From: Gemmatales bacterium
GTDB taxonomy: Bacteria > Planctomycetota > Planctomycetia > Gemmatales > HRBIN36
Direction of reading: 5' to 3'
Length of the DNA stretch: 64,000 bases
Assembly (NCBI GenBank): GCA_041640595.1
Contig: JBEPZY010000001.1
Span: 1,201,195-1,265,194 of the forward strand
The notes beneath the pieces are model-generated. The model was not told where the DNA came from, ran no database searches, and was given only the letters and a program-made list of their open reading frames with translations. Of this stretch, positions 20,718-30,447 are shown in pieces. The first letter of the stretch is position 1, and every line of letters begins with the position of its first letter. A program made the translations under genes and the position numbers.

Positions 20718-21490
20718 CTTGCGAAGAACTGCGTGCGCAATTGCACGCATCCGGACATCTGCTATTTGAATGCAGTCCGGCCCCACGGGAAGGGATCAGA
20801 GTCCGGACATTTTTGCTTTATCCGGACGGAGGCATCATTGATGTTTTCGTCGTGGAGCGGGATGGACAGTTAGAGGTGACCGATTTCGGCGAAGCTTTGG
20901 GCTGGCTTCGCCTGCAATCTCCGAGAGGACATCTTTCCCCCAAGCAAAAGCGTCTGATTGCTGACGTATGTCTTACCCTGGGCGTGGAATGTTTTCGTGG
21001 CCAGCTGGTGTGCCGAGTCAAAAATAATGACGTCTCCGCGGCAGTTCTGAAGGTGGCTCAAGCAGTGCTGCGCGTGACCGATTTGTGGTTCACCATGCGC
21101 ACGCGAGTAATTGAAAATGTCGCAGACGAAGTGGCGGACTGGCTCAGCGAGAAAGGCATTGCCTTTGAACGTGGTGCCACACACGTCGGTCGTTCGGGAC
21201 GTGTCTGGACCGTGGACTACCAGACGCACTTGCCTCAACGTACCTCGCTTGTTTTCCTGCTCGCTACAGGTTCGCGTGCGGCAGCCCGTCGAGTCACCGA
21301 ACATGTGCTGGCCGGGTTATACGACCTCAGCCACCTCAAGGTAGTGCAGCCCCAGCTTGCGTTCGTCTCACTTTTCGACGACACCGAGGACGTCTGGCAG
21401 GAAGAGGATTTTCGACTCGTCCAGGATTTGTCCGTGGTGGCACGATGGTCGCGGCCGGACGAGTTCGAAAAGATACTGCGGGCCGCATGA
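20714..21490 (+). CDS. DUF1828 domain protein with C-terminal DUF1829-like (restriction-endonuclease-like) domain
   Basis: RTFLLYPDGGIIDVFV...VTDFGEALGWL; C-terminal HVGRSGRVWTVDY; ATGA overlap with the upstream gene. Confidence 0.75.
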   Translation: MTCEELRAQLHASGHLLFECSPAPREGIRVRTFLLYPDGGIIDVFVVERDGQLEVTDFGEALGWLRLQSPRGHLSPKQKRLIADVCLTLGVECFRGQLVCRVKNNDVSAAVLKVAQAVLRVTDLWFTMRTRVIENVADEVADWLSEKGIAFERGATHVGRSGRVWTVDYQTHLPQRTSLVFLLATGSRAAARRVTEHVLAGLYDLSHLKVVQPQLAFVSLFDDTEDVWQEEDFRLVQDLSVVARWSRPDEFEKILRAA

Positions 21491-21896
21491 ATTGCAAACA
21501 CCGCCGGCTCATTGCCAGGCAACCACCGCTCCGACCCCACAAGCAGCTCTCGGCGACACGCGAACATGAGGCTGATTTCTGGCACAGCCGTTCAGGGGCC
21601 ATATACCCCTACTTACACCACCAGCGTCAGAAAAACAGAACCAGGGTGGAATCCCGCTGGCAGCACGCCACACGTTATCGGTGACACGCAGCTATTGTCC
21701 CTGTTCACGCTTAGTTACGGGCTTTGTTCACGATAATTTCTTTGGCAAGCCAACGAATAAACACGAGGAGCAAAGTCAAGGGCAAAACCAGCAGTGCGTT
21801 CCGAATATATTTCCTAGCTAGCCCACGGCCAGGCTTCTTTTTTCGGTGCTCAGGCGAACATCCGGAACCGAGTCGGCAAGGTGGACACCAGGCGAC

Positions 21897-22784
21897 ATGG
21901 ACACCACGCTGTTAGCCGACAACACCGTCGGCAAAATCTATTTCGCGGATAACCTGGAGGTGCTCAGGACGTTTCCGGACGAATCGGTGGATTTGATCTA
22001 CATCGATCCGCCGTTCAACACCGGGAAGGTACAGGAACGCATCTCCATCAAAGCGGTGAGGTCGGAAGAAGGTGACCGGGTCGGCTTTCAGGGACGTCGC
22101 TACCAAAGCGTCGTCATCGGGAGAAAGCGTTTCGCGGATATGTTCGACGACTACCTGGGCTTCCTGGAACCGCGTCTGGTCGAAGCCTACCGCATTCTCG
22201 CGCCCCACGGATCGCTGTATTTCCATGTGGATTACCGTGAGGTGCACTATTGCAAGGTGCTGCTCGACTGCATATTTGGCCGACAGTGTTTCCTGAACGA
22301 AATCATCTGGGCCTATGACTACGGTGGGCGTCCTAAAGACAGATGGCCGGCTAAACACGACAACATTCTGCTTTACGTGAAAAGTCCTGGTCAGCACGTG
22401 TTCAATGCAGATGCGATCGAACGCATACCGTATATGGCCCCAGGATTGGTAGGTGCGGAGAAAGCAGCCCGCGGAAAACTACCGACCGATGTCTGGTGGC
22501 ACACCATCGTTCCGACCAATAGCGCTGAAAAAACGGGATACCCGACCCAGAAGCCCCTGGGCATCCTTCGCCGCATCATTCAGGCCTCTTCTCGACCGGG
22601 TGCCGTTGTGCTCGACTTTTTTGCCGGCAGCGGAACGACCGGGATGGCTGCCCTCGAACTGGGCCGCCGCTTTATTCTCGTGGACAACAACCCCGAAGCC
22701 CTGGCAGTGATGGCTCGCCGCTTCGACGGCATCAAAGGAATCACATGGTCCGGCTTCGACCCTGCTGCATCGCGGAGAATTTGA
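21897..22784 (+). CDS. Site-specific DNA methyltransferase (N6A/N4C, beta order), no cognate endonuclease adjacent
   Basis: Motif IV IYIDPPFNTG precedes motif I VLDFFAGSGTTG; YPTQKP; NEIIWAY. Confidence 0.95.
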   Translation: MDTTLLADNTVGKIYFADNLEVLRTFPDESVDLIYIDPPFNTGKVQERISIKAVRSEEGDRVGFQGRRYQSVVIGRKRFADMFDDYLGFLEPRLVEAYRILAPHGSLYFHVDYREVHYCKVLLDCIFGRQCFLNEIIWAYDYGGRPKDRWPAKHDNILLYVKSPGQHVFNADAIERIPYMAPGLVGAEKAARGKLPTDVWWHTIVPTNSAEKTGYPTQKPLGILRRIIQASSRPGAVVLDFFAGSGTTGMAALELGRRFILVDNNPEALAVMARRFDGIKGITWSGFDPAASRRI

Positions 22785-22895
22785 ATCCGCAATTTCGATC
22801 AAAGGAATCGACTGGTTCGGTTTCGACCCGCTAGCGATTGCGACAGCGTTTCAATCCCACCGATCGAAGGAACCGCATGGTCCGGCTTCACCCGC
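22731..22895. repeat. Three degenerate copies of the methyltransferase 3' end, offsets 67 and 65
   Basis: ATCAAAGGAATCACATGGTCCGGCTTCGACCC (22731), ATCAAAGGAATCGACTGGTTCGGTTTCGACCC (22798), ATCGAAGGAACCGCATGGTCCGGCTTC-ACCC (22863). Confidence 0.85.
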
Positions 22896-22976
22896 AATGG
22901 TCGTTTTGAACGAATCCGTTACCGCGGCACCTAAGGAATATGCTTCGGCTTCGACCGAACCTTTACCGGAAACACG

Positions 22977-23221
22977 TCTGGCAGCGGCAAGCGGCGGTGC
23001 AGTTCTACGGCGACGAGGCGATGAAGCTGCTCCGCGACGCGGTGGCTAAGGGATTCAAGGATGCCGCTCGCATGAAGAAGGACAGCGCCTTCGACGTGAT
23101 CTGATTGGAAACAGTCACGGCAACGTCCAGCGCCCGCATGCAAAAGGACAGCGACCTCGACCCGCTGCGGCAACGTTCCGACTTCCAGCAATTGCTGCAG
23201 GAGTTGCTCGGCCCCCGGTGA
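22977..23221 (+). pseudogene. Remnant of the C-terminal TPR tail typical of planctomycete Ser/Thr kinase-TPR proteins
   Basis: Hand translation: YGDEAMKLLRDAVAKGFKDAARMKKDSAFDVI*, then RMQKDSDLDPLRQRSDFQQLLQELLGPR* in the same frame; no 5' part. Confidence 0.75.
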
Positions 23222-23524
23222 ATCGGTCAATAACCAGTTTCCCCTGGAAAAGTGCGATGACCGCCCAATGGTGGACCACGACGGCCCGAGTCCGCAAGCA
23301 GCGGACTGGTGGCCACGTGTCACATGGATTTTTGGCAGGTCGGTTGGCAAATTGGGACACGCCACAACGCCTTCTGCAACACACGTGAAGGGGAGCGTTA
23401 TTGTGGCCAGAAGAAAGTCGGTGCCGGAGAGGTTTTCGACAAGAATGGCGGCATCGCCCCTCGCAGTCGGGAACAATAGCGGCATGGCCTGCCACAATGG
23501 GGGCCGATATTGGTCCCGCAATCA

Positions 23525-23933
23525 GGATCGCTGCCGAAGCCCCATCGGAGCCTGGTGCTGGCTTGCTAATTCAATCCAGCCGTCGCTCGATTAGCACCGT
23601 CGAGGAATTATTGGACCTTGGTGCGGGCAGCCGGTCGCGGCTCGTCCTCGCAAGCGCAGCAAGCCCCAAAACGCCTCGTGCACGGTTTACTGGCGAGCAG
23701 TTTGTACCTACCCCTACATCGGTTTCAAACTCTGGTTCTGATCCCGCTCGGTTTACTGGCGAGCAGTTTATGCCTACCCGCACCGCCGTCTGATGGATCC
23801 CCAGAAAGCTGAAGAGGTGACGCAGGCCTTCTTTGCGAAGCTGCTGGCCAGGAAATACCTCCACGCACTCACGCCAACACGGGGACAATTCCGAGCATTT
23901 CTGCTGACCGCTTGCCGGCGTTTCCTGCAATAA
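23525..23933 (+). pseudogene. Degraded ECF sigma factor (N-terminal/sigma-2 region)
   Basis: Fragments HRSLVLAC*, YWTLVRAAGRGSSSQAQQAPKRL, (frameshift) CTVYWRAV, YWRAVYAYPHRRLMDPQKAEEVTQAFFAKLLARKYLHALTPTRGQFRAFLLTACRRFLQ*; resembles the PVC-group ECF pattern HWSLV...YW.P.YAY...AEDLTQ.FF...RGRFR.FLL. Confidence 0.75.
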
Positions 23934-23984
23934 GCGCTGGAGCCGGGCCGCCCTACAGAAGCGCGACGACGTGCGGGGCGGCGG

Positions 23985-25934
23985 TTATTTTTTCACTTCG
24001 AAGTCGGCGTCAATGACGCCTTCGGATGGACCGCCAGTCTGACGGCTGCCATCGCCACTGGTGGTGGTTCCCGCACCGGCCGCCTGGCGATACAGGTGCT
24101 GCGACATGGCGTGGGAAGCCTGTTCGAGTTCGGCAATGGCTTGACGAATGGCGGTAATGTCGTCGCCCTTCATCTTTTCCTTGAGCCGGGCTATGGCCGA
24201 CTCCACCGCGGCCTTGTCGGCGCTGGAGAGTTTGCTGCCGTGCTCGCGCAACACTTTTTCGATGTGGTAGATGAGGTTGTCAGCCTGGTTGCGAGTTTCG
24301 GCCAATTCGCGGCGACGACGATCCTCGGCCGCGTGGGCTTCGGCTTCTTTGCGCATGCGTTCGATTTCGGCCTGGGTCAGGCCGCTGGACGCTTCGATAC
24401 GAATCTTTTGCTCCTTACCCGTGGCCAGATCACGGGCCGAGACATGCAGGATGCCGTTGTGGTCCACCTCGAAGGTAACTTCGATTTGCGGCACGCCCCG
24501 CGGGGCTGGCGGAATGCCTTCGAGGTTGAATTGGGCCAGCAAACGGTTATCAGCGGCCATTTCGCGCTCGCCCTGGAACACGCGGATGGTAACTGCTGTC
24601 TGGTTATCTTCGGCAGTGGTGAAAATCTGCTTGCGGGACGTCGGGATGGTGGTGTTGCGCTCGATGATTTTGGTGAACACGCCACCCAGCGTTTCGAGAC
24701 CGAGCGAGAGCGGCACAACGTCCAGCAGGAGCACTTCCGATTTGCTCCCCAGCAAGAGCTGGTGGCCCTGGATGGCGGCACCTACCGCAACGACTTCGTC
24801 GGGATTGACGCCCTTGTGCCCTTCTTTGCCGAAAATCTCCCGCACCAGTTGCTGGACGCGCGGCACGCGGGTCATACCGCCGACGAGCACCACTTCGTCA
24901 ATGTCGCTGGGTTTCAAACCAGCATCGCGTAGGGCCTGCATGACCGGTCCGCGGCAACGTTCCACCAGATGCTCTGTCAACTGCTCGAATTTCGACCGGG
25001 TAATGGTCATTTGCAGGTGCTTCGGGCCGCTCGCATCAGCGGTGATGAACGGCAGGTTGATGTCGGTCTGGGTCTGGCCGGACAATTCCTTCTTGGCTCG
25101 CTCGGCTGCCTCTTTCAGCCGCTGCATGGCCATGTTATCCTTGCGCAGGTCAATGCCGGTTTCCTTCTTGAACTCATCGGCGATGTAGTTGATCAGCACC
25201 TCGTCCCAGTTATCGCCACCCAGGTGGGTATCGCCGTTGACCGCCTTCACTTCAAACACGCCATCGCCCACCTCCAGGATGGATATGTCGAAAGTACCGC
25301 CGCCCAGATCGAAGACTGCGATCTTCTCGTTTTTCTTCTTTTCCAAGCCGTAAGCCAGGGCAGCCGCGGTCGGCTCGTTGATGATACGCATACGCTGACG
25401 AACGATTTTGCCGGTCTTCGGATCTTCCAGTTCCCATTCGGGGTCAAACCCGGCAATGGCAGCGGCATCAATGGTGGCTTGGCGTTGGGCATCGTTGAAG
25501 TACGCGGGCACGGTAATCACAGCCCGGCGAACCTTATGGCCCAGATAGTTCTCGGCCGCCTCCTTCAACTTGCGCAGCACCATGGCCGAGATTTCGGGCG
25601 GCGTGTAAATCTTGTCGCCGATTTTAACGGCGGCCATTCCTTTGGAGTCGGGCACCACTTCATACGGAACCATCTTGCGTTCCTGCTCGACTTCCTCGAA
25701 ACGCCGACCCATGAAACGCTTGATGGAGTAAATCGTGCGTTTCGGGTTGGTGATGGCCTGGCGTTTGGCCGGATCGCCCACCAGAATTTCGCCCTTGTCG
25801 GTAAACGCAACCACGCTCGGCGTCAACCGGTTGCCCTCCTGGTTGGGGATCACTTTCACCTCGTTTCCTTCCATGACTGCCACAACGGAGTTTGTGGTGC
25901 CCAGGTCAATTCCGATAATCACGTCGCTAGCCAT
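23985..25934 (-). CDS. dnaK: Molecular chaperone DnaK
   Basis: [59 protein letters not shown] end. Confidence 0.99.
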   Translation of the reverse strand: MASDVIIGIDLGTTNSVVAVMEGNEVKVIPNQEGNRLTPSVVAFTDKGEILVGDPAKRQAITNPKRTIYSIKRFMGRRFEEVEQERKMVPYEVVPDSKGMAAVKIGDKIYTPPEISAMVLRKLKEAAENYLGHKVRRAVITVPAYFNDAQRQATIDAAAIAGFDPEWELEDPKTGKIVRQRMRIINEPTAAALAYGLEKKKNEKIAVFDLGGGTFDISILEVGDGVFEVKAVNGDTHLGGDNWDEVLINYIADEFKKETGIDLRKDNMAMQRLKEAAERAKKELSGQTQTDINLPFITADASGPKHLQMTITRSKFEQLTEHLVERCRGPVMQALRDAGLKPSDIDEVVLVGGMTRVPRVQQLVREIFGKEGHKGVNPDEVVAVGAAIQGHQLLLGSKSEVLLLDVVPLSLGLETLGGVFTKIIERNTTIPTSRKQIFTTAEDNQTAVTIRVFQGEREMAADNRLLAQFNLEGIPPAPRGVPQIEVTFEVDHNGILHVSARDLATGKEQKIRIEASSGLTQAEIERMRKEAEAHAAEDRRRRELAETRNQADNLIYHIEKVLREHGSKLSSADKAAVESAIARLKEKMKGDDITAIRQAIAELEQASHAMSQHLYRQAAGAGTTTSGDGSRQTGGPSEGVIDADFEVKK

Positions 25935-26112
25935 GGCTCACTCCTGTCATTAGAGGTTGGTCGTTTTCCAGTCCGTTCGCTCCCTGCGGCCGGGGCGGGA
26001 AAATTGCCCACCCCTACGGTAGGCAAGCGCGGCAGCACCAGCCGAGTTAGGGTAGGTTCTCTGCAGCTCGCCGCACCGGTAAATCGTTCTCTCTTCAATT
26101 GTACAGCATAGG

Positions 26113-26128
26113 AGCAACCGACGTGCCA
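26113..26128 (-). promoter_or_regulatory. Sigma54 (-24/-12) promoter of dnaK
   Basis: Minus strand reads TGGCACG-TCGG-TTGCT, an exact match to the RpoN consensus. Confidence 0.8.
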
Positions 26129-26371
26129 GGAATTCTGGTCAGCGAGCAAATCATCAAGTGTTTGTATCACAGCGACTTGCGTCATAAGCCGTTATCGGGG
26201 CTAGTCCAGGTTCGCGGAAAAATGCCGATTCGGCAGTATTATGGTGGCCAAAACGACGCCATCGGCTGATATATGCCATTTCGGCAGCATGGAATATTGG
26301 CGGGCAGGAACAGCCAGGCTGGCAGTTTTGCAATTCCCATGATTTTTGCCGGAAAATCTTTGTGTAGATTA

Positions 26372-26400
26372 TTGACAGTGGACAGTCGCGGTCATAAATT
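26372..26400 (+). promoter_or_regulatory. Sigma70-type promoter of pheA
   Basis: TTGACA-17 bp-TAAATT, 34 bp before the ATG. Confidence 0.65.
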
Positions 26401-26434
26401 ACAATGGCATCAGGGAATTCAGTCGAGGCCAGCC

Positions 26435-27568
26435 ATGAGTCGCAAGTCGAGCGAAGATGGCAGCGTCACTGTAACTCGATCCCAGGCCCAGTTGCGGTCG
26501 TTGCGGGGCCAAATTGACAAACTCGATTTGCAAATCCTCAAGCTGATCAACGAGCGGGCAGCCATTGCCTTGAAAATTGGCCAGTTGAAAAACGATCACG
26601 GTCAGGAAGTTTTTTCGCCAGCACGAGAAGAGGAAGTGTTGCGGCACGTGTTGCAAGCCAATAAAGGGCCGCTCTCGGAGCAAGCAGTTCGGGCCATTTT
26701 CCGGGAACTCATGAGTGGTTCGCGGGCCTTGCAAAAGGTGCTGCGTGTGGCTTATTTGGGCCCGGAATACAGTTTCAGCCATCTGGCCGCACTGGAACGG
26801 TTCGGGCAAAGCGTGGAATTCATCCGCGTTGGTACGATTGCCGCCGTTTTTGAGGATGTGGATCGTGGCCAGGCCGATTACGGCGTCGTGCCGCTGGAGA
26901 ATTCCACCGATGGCCGCATTGTGGACACCCTTGAAATGTTTGTCCGCATGCCGCAAATCAAGATTTGTGCCGAAGTGCGACTGCGGATCCACTATCACCT
27001 GATGGCGAACTGTGCCCCCAGCGAAATCCGCCGCGTTTACAGCAAGACGCAGGCCTTATCGCAGTGCCGCAACTGGCTGGCCAAGAATGTTCCGCAAGCC
27101 CAGCTCATCGAGGTCGCGAGCACGGCGACGGCGGCGGAACTGGCCCAGCGGGAGCCGGGAGCGGCTGCAGTAGCGAGTAGGCAGGCGGCTACGCGGTACG
27201 GCTTGCGTATCCTCTTTTCCAACATCGAGGACTATCCCTACAACGAAACGCGTTTTGCCGTCATCGCCACACAGTCCCCGCCGCATTCCTCAGAGGTGCC
27301 GGAAAAGACGGCCGTCATGTTTCAGGTGCCGCATCGCCCCGGTGCTCTGGTGGATGCGCTCAACGTCTTCAAGCAGAACAAGGTCAATCTGACCTGGATT
27401 GAATCGTTCCCGGCTCGTTCGGGTCGGCCGGAGTACGTGTTTTTCGTGGATTTCGAGGGGCATCAGGACGAACCCAAGATTCGCCGCACCCTCGAAGCGC
27501 TCCAGGAGCACTGCGAACGTGTGGTCATCCTCGGCTCCTTCCCCACCAGCGAACCCGCGGAAACGTAA
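26435..27568 (+). CDS. pheA: Chorismate mutase / prephenate dehydratase (P-protein)
   Basis: LRGQIDKLD..REEEV CM domain, AYLGPEYSFS, VPLENSTDG, QALSQC, NETRF, ACT domain NLTWIESFP. Confidence 0.96.
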   Translation: MSRKSSEDGSVTVTRSQAQLRSLRGQIDKLDLQILKLINERAAIALKIGQLKNDHGQEVFSPAREEEVLRHVLQANKGPLSEQAVRAIFRELMSGSRALQKVLRVAYLGPEYSFSHLAALERFGQSVEFIRVGTIAAVFEDVDRGQADYGVVPLENSTDGRIVDTLEMFVRMPQIKICAEVRLRIHYHLMANCAPSEIRRVYSKTQALSQCRNWLAKNVPQAQLIEVASTATAAELAQREPGAAAVASRQAATRYGLRILFSNIEDYPYNETRFAVIATQSPPHSSEVPEKTAVMFQVPHRPGALVDALNVFKQNKVNLTWIESFPARSGRPEYVFFVDFEGHQDEPKIRRTLEALQEHCERVVILGSFPTSEPAET

Positions 27569-27810
27569 GCACACTTGCCCGCCCCCGCCTGCGTATCATC
27601 CTCGTCCTCGCCACACTTAAAGCTGTTCGCACCACATCCGGCCTGCCTGGTGTGCTGTGCGTCACCGCGACGCGAATTAACTTTGGCCGCTACTGCACGG
27701 TAAACAGTTCCAGCTCGGCTTCGGTCGGCCAAGGCAAAAAAGCGAACCAGTCTGGGTTGTTCGAGAAATCCAAGTTGCGGAAGGCTCTGGCAATATGGTC
27801 CCGTAGGCTT

Positions 27811-30420
27811 TCAGTTGGCGAAGGGGACGAGGCGATAAGAAAACTGCACGTCATCGGCCGGGGTCAGGCTGTCGGCCAGCTGAATGAAGAGCGTTCCCTG
27901 GGCGGCGCGGTGCACCGGTCGCGGTTTGTCGAACTCAATCCGCACGCCGAAACCGCCACGATCGATCAGCACCCCTCGCGCCATCACCGGCTTGTCGGCA
28001 AGTGGCTCGCCCGCCTGACCGTCGTCGCCCAGTACCGTAACGGTGGTCGGCAGCGGTTTCTGTCCTGGCCGGGCTTTACCCTGCGGCAAAAACGGAATGA
28101 GTTCGTACACCTCGCGGACCTTGCCACGGAACGGATTTTTCAGCCACAGCGCCAGTAGCTCTTTATCCTGCGTCTGCTGCAATTGTACCTGGCAGCGGAT
28201 GCCGTCCGGTTCGAAGATGTACACCCGCCGGCAGCGTAACGGTGTTCCGCGGATGTCACCGGAGCTTTCCACCCGTTGTCCGACAAGGCGGGCATCGAAG
28301 TGTTCGCTATCCCCGGCGACAAACGGCGAACCGTCGGCCTGAATCCCGGCCAGGGTGTGCAGGCGGAAACCGCGCCATTGGGAAACGTCCATATTCTCGC
28401 CATAAGCCCCATTGAGCACCGAAGCCAGGACCAGTCCCCTACCCGGCACATGCAACTGGCAGATCATGCCGCCACCGTAACCGGATTGCCCCAGGTGGCT
28501 GTGCGTTTCCCATTTCGGCGACAACCGACCGTGATAGGTCAGGACGTAATAGTTTTTCCGGCGAGCGGCGAACCACTCGTTGGCCCCGTTGACCGACTCG
28601 GTGAAATCCGGCCCCGGCAAACCTTTCCAGGCGAAAGGCCCTTCGGTCTCGATTTTCCAGTGGGGATAGTAGTGGGTACGGGAACTCCACGGCCCAGCAG
28701 GAACGTTTTCGTCGGCCAACGTGTAGCTGAACCATCGCCGCACGCCATCGTACACCTTTTGCAACCGCGGATCGGGCAGGTCAGCCAGGATTGCTTGCCA
28801 CGTTGTCAGGATGTAAGAGCCGTAGTGATACGCATAGGCGAACCCTTCCTGCACCGGTCCGGAAGGCCCGACGCCGACTCGTTCGCCCCAGCCACCACGG
28901 GTAAAACGCTCCCAGTAGGTGTCGAACAATTCCTTCTGCAGCGGATCGCCGGTCGCTTCGTAACAATAACGCAGCGCCGCCAGCACCTGGGCGTATGAGT
29001 TGCCGTTGACCCGTTCCCAACTGCGGCAAAACGCCAGCCGATCACCAGCCACCAGAAACGCCTCGCGGACGATCGCTTTCACCTCGTCCGGTGCATCGCT
29101 GTGTTGCAGGATGTGCCACGCCGGCCGCCAGTATTGCCACGCATAGTTGCTGAACTCGTAAGCGAGATTGGCAAACGGCCCACCCATCGCGACGGCGACG
29201 TGATCGTTCGGCCCGATGGCTCGCAGCCCGGCGAACAGTTCCCGCAACGCCACATTCAACGCCGCACGGTTTTTGTGTGCGGGATAATGATGCATAATCC
29301 GATCGCACAGGGGCGGCTGGCCGTACGGACCGTTCACCGGCAAAAAGTTTGGTCGCTGCGGAAGCACAGGCAACTTCTGTCCCGGCGGATAGCCCGCCAC
29401 CGGTGTCGCCAGTTCCCCTTTTTCGTTCCGCACCTCGAAATCTTCCGGCCGCAGCTTCTTCAGCCAGTCGTGGAAGCGAACCTGGAAGCCGTGCCAGAAT
29501 ACCTCGCCGTCGTGATAAATGGCACCGTTGCGGATCGCCCGAGCCGTCGCTTCATCAGCTGCCAGCACCGCCGGCACTGCCGGTTCGCCCCGATGGTGTA
29601 CGTTGGCATTTCGCTGCAACCGCAACTTCACCAGGAGCAGGAAATCATTATCCCCCGGCGATACTTCCAGCCGCAGCACCTGATCCCACAGTTGTTCCGG
29701 CTGGGCAAAATCCACCGCCGTCTTCCAGAAAATCGGTCCCGGCTCGTTGGCCACCAGTTCCTTGCCGTCGGGAGTATAGATCGCCACACGCCGTTGTCGC
29801 GGCCGGTCGTATTCCGCGATCGCCACATACAGCCCGACGCTGCCCCGCGGCACATACAAATACGCTCGCCGCCATTGCTCGCCGTGCCCGTGCAGCCAAT
29901 CCGGATGGCCCGCCATTGCCGTCGGCAGCTCCGGTTCGATCTTGAACGACACTACATGATCCGTCGCCCCGACGATCACCACCCGATACACGCCCGCCTG
30001 TCCCCCACGCACTGCAAAGCGAAAGTCGCGCTTCGGCACCGCCGCCAGCCGGGCCGGGTCCATGACCGCACTCCAGCGAAGCAATGCCGCTCCCTTTTCC
30101 TGAGCGTAAGCGTGATACCACGCTTCATGGTCCCAGCCGCCCATCGGCAACTGAAACAGCGGCTTGGTAATACCGTCATCGGGCAGCACTTGCCGCACCA
30201 CGCACCGCCCCTGCGGATCATACACCTTCACCAGCACCTCACGCGGGCCGAACTCATACAGGTTCAGGTCGCGGACACCCAGATGCACCGTGAAATCCTT
30301 ACCCGCCTCGTTGACCACGAAGACGGTAATCCCGTCATGCAACCTATGCGTGGATTGTGCCTGCAACAGCGGCGCGCACCCTATCAGCATCAGAGCCACC
30401 AGTACCGCGTTCCTTTTCAT
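27811..30420 (-). CDS. Large secreted hypothetical protein (869 aa)
   Basis: Long ORF with signal peptide (LLQA-QS) and GGAG RBS; no family recognised. Confidence 0.85.
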   Translation of the reverse strand: MKRNAVLVALMLIGCAPLLQAQSTHRLHDGITVFVVNEAGKDFTVHLGVRDLNLYEFGPREVLVKVYDPQGRCVVRQVLPDDGITKPLFQLPMGGWDHEAWYHAYAQEKGAALLRWSAVMDPARLAAVPKRDFRFAVRGGQAGVYRVVIVGATDHVVSFKIEPELPTAMAGHPDWLHGHGEQWRRAYLYVPRGSVGLYVAIAEYDRPRQRRVAIYTPDGKELVANEPGPIFWKTAVDFAQPEQLWDQVLRLEVSPGDNDFLLLVKLRLQRNANVHHRGEPAVPAVLAADEATARAIRNGAIYHDGEVFWHGFQVRFHDWLKKLRPEDFEVRNEKGELATPVAGYPPGQKLPVLPQRPNFLPVNGPYGQPPLCDRIMHHYPAHKNRAALNVALRELFAGLRAIGPNDHVAVAMGGPFANLAYEFSNYAWQYWRPAWHILQHSDAPDEVKAIVREAFLVAGDRLAFCRSWERVNGNSYAQVLAALRYCYEATGDPLQKELFDTYWERFTRGGWGERVGVGPSGPVQEGFAYAYHYGSYILTTWQAILADLPDPRLQKVYDGVRRWFSYTLADENVPAGPWSSRTHYYPHWKIETEGPFAWKGLPGPDFTESVNGANEWFAARRKNYYVLTYHGRLSPKWETHSHLGQSGYGGGMICQLHVPGRGLVLASVLNGAYGENMDVSQWRGFRLHTLAGIQADGSPFVAGDSEHFDARLVGQRVESSGDIRGTPLRCRRVYIFEPDGIRCQVQLQQTQDKELLALWLKNPFRGKVREVYELIPFLPQGKARPGQKPLPTTVTVLGDDGQAGEPLADKPVMARGVLIDRGGFGVRIEFDKPRPVHRAAQGTLFIQLADSLTPADDVQFSYRLVPFAN

Positions 30421-30447
30421 GCGAGCGCTCCTTGTTGACCTCCAGCG

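Noticed and set aside
22931..23521. 196-aa minus-strand ORF
   Set aside because: Antisense to the recognisable TPR remnant; no protein-like features
24096..26111. Long + strand ORFs (278-380 aa)
   Set aside because: Antisense shadows of dnaK; the same applies to 29101-30438, 41167-42504 and similar ORFs opposite GC3-rich genes
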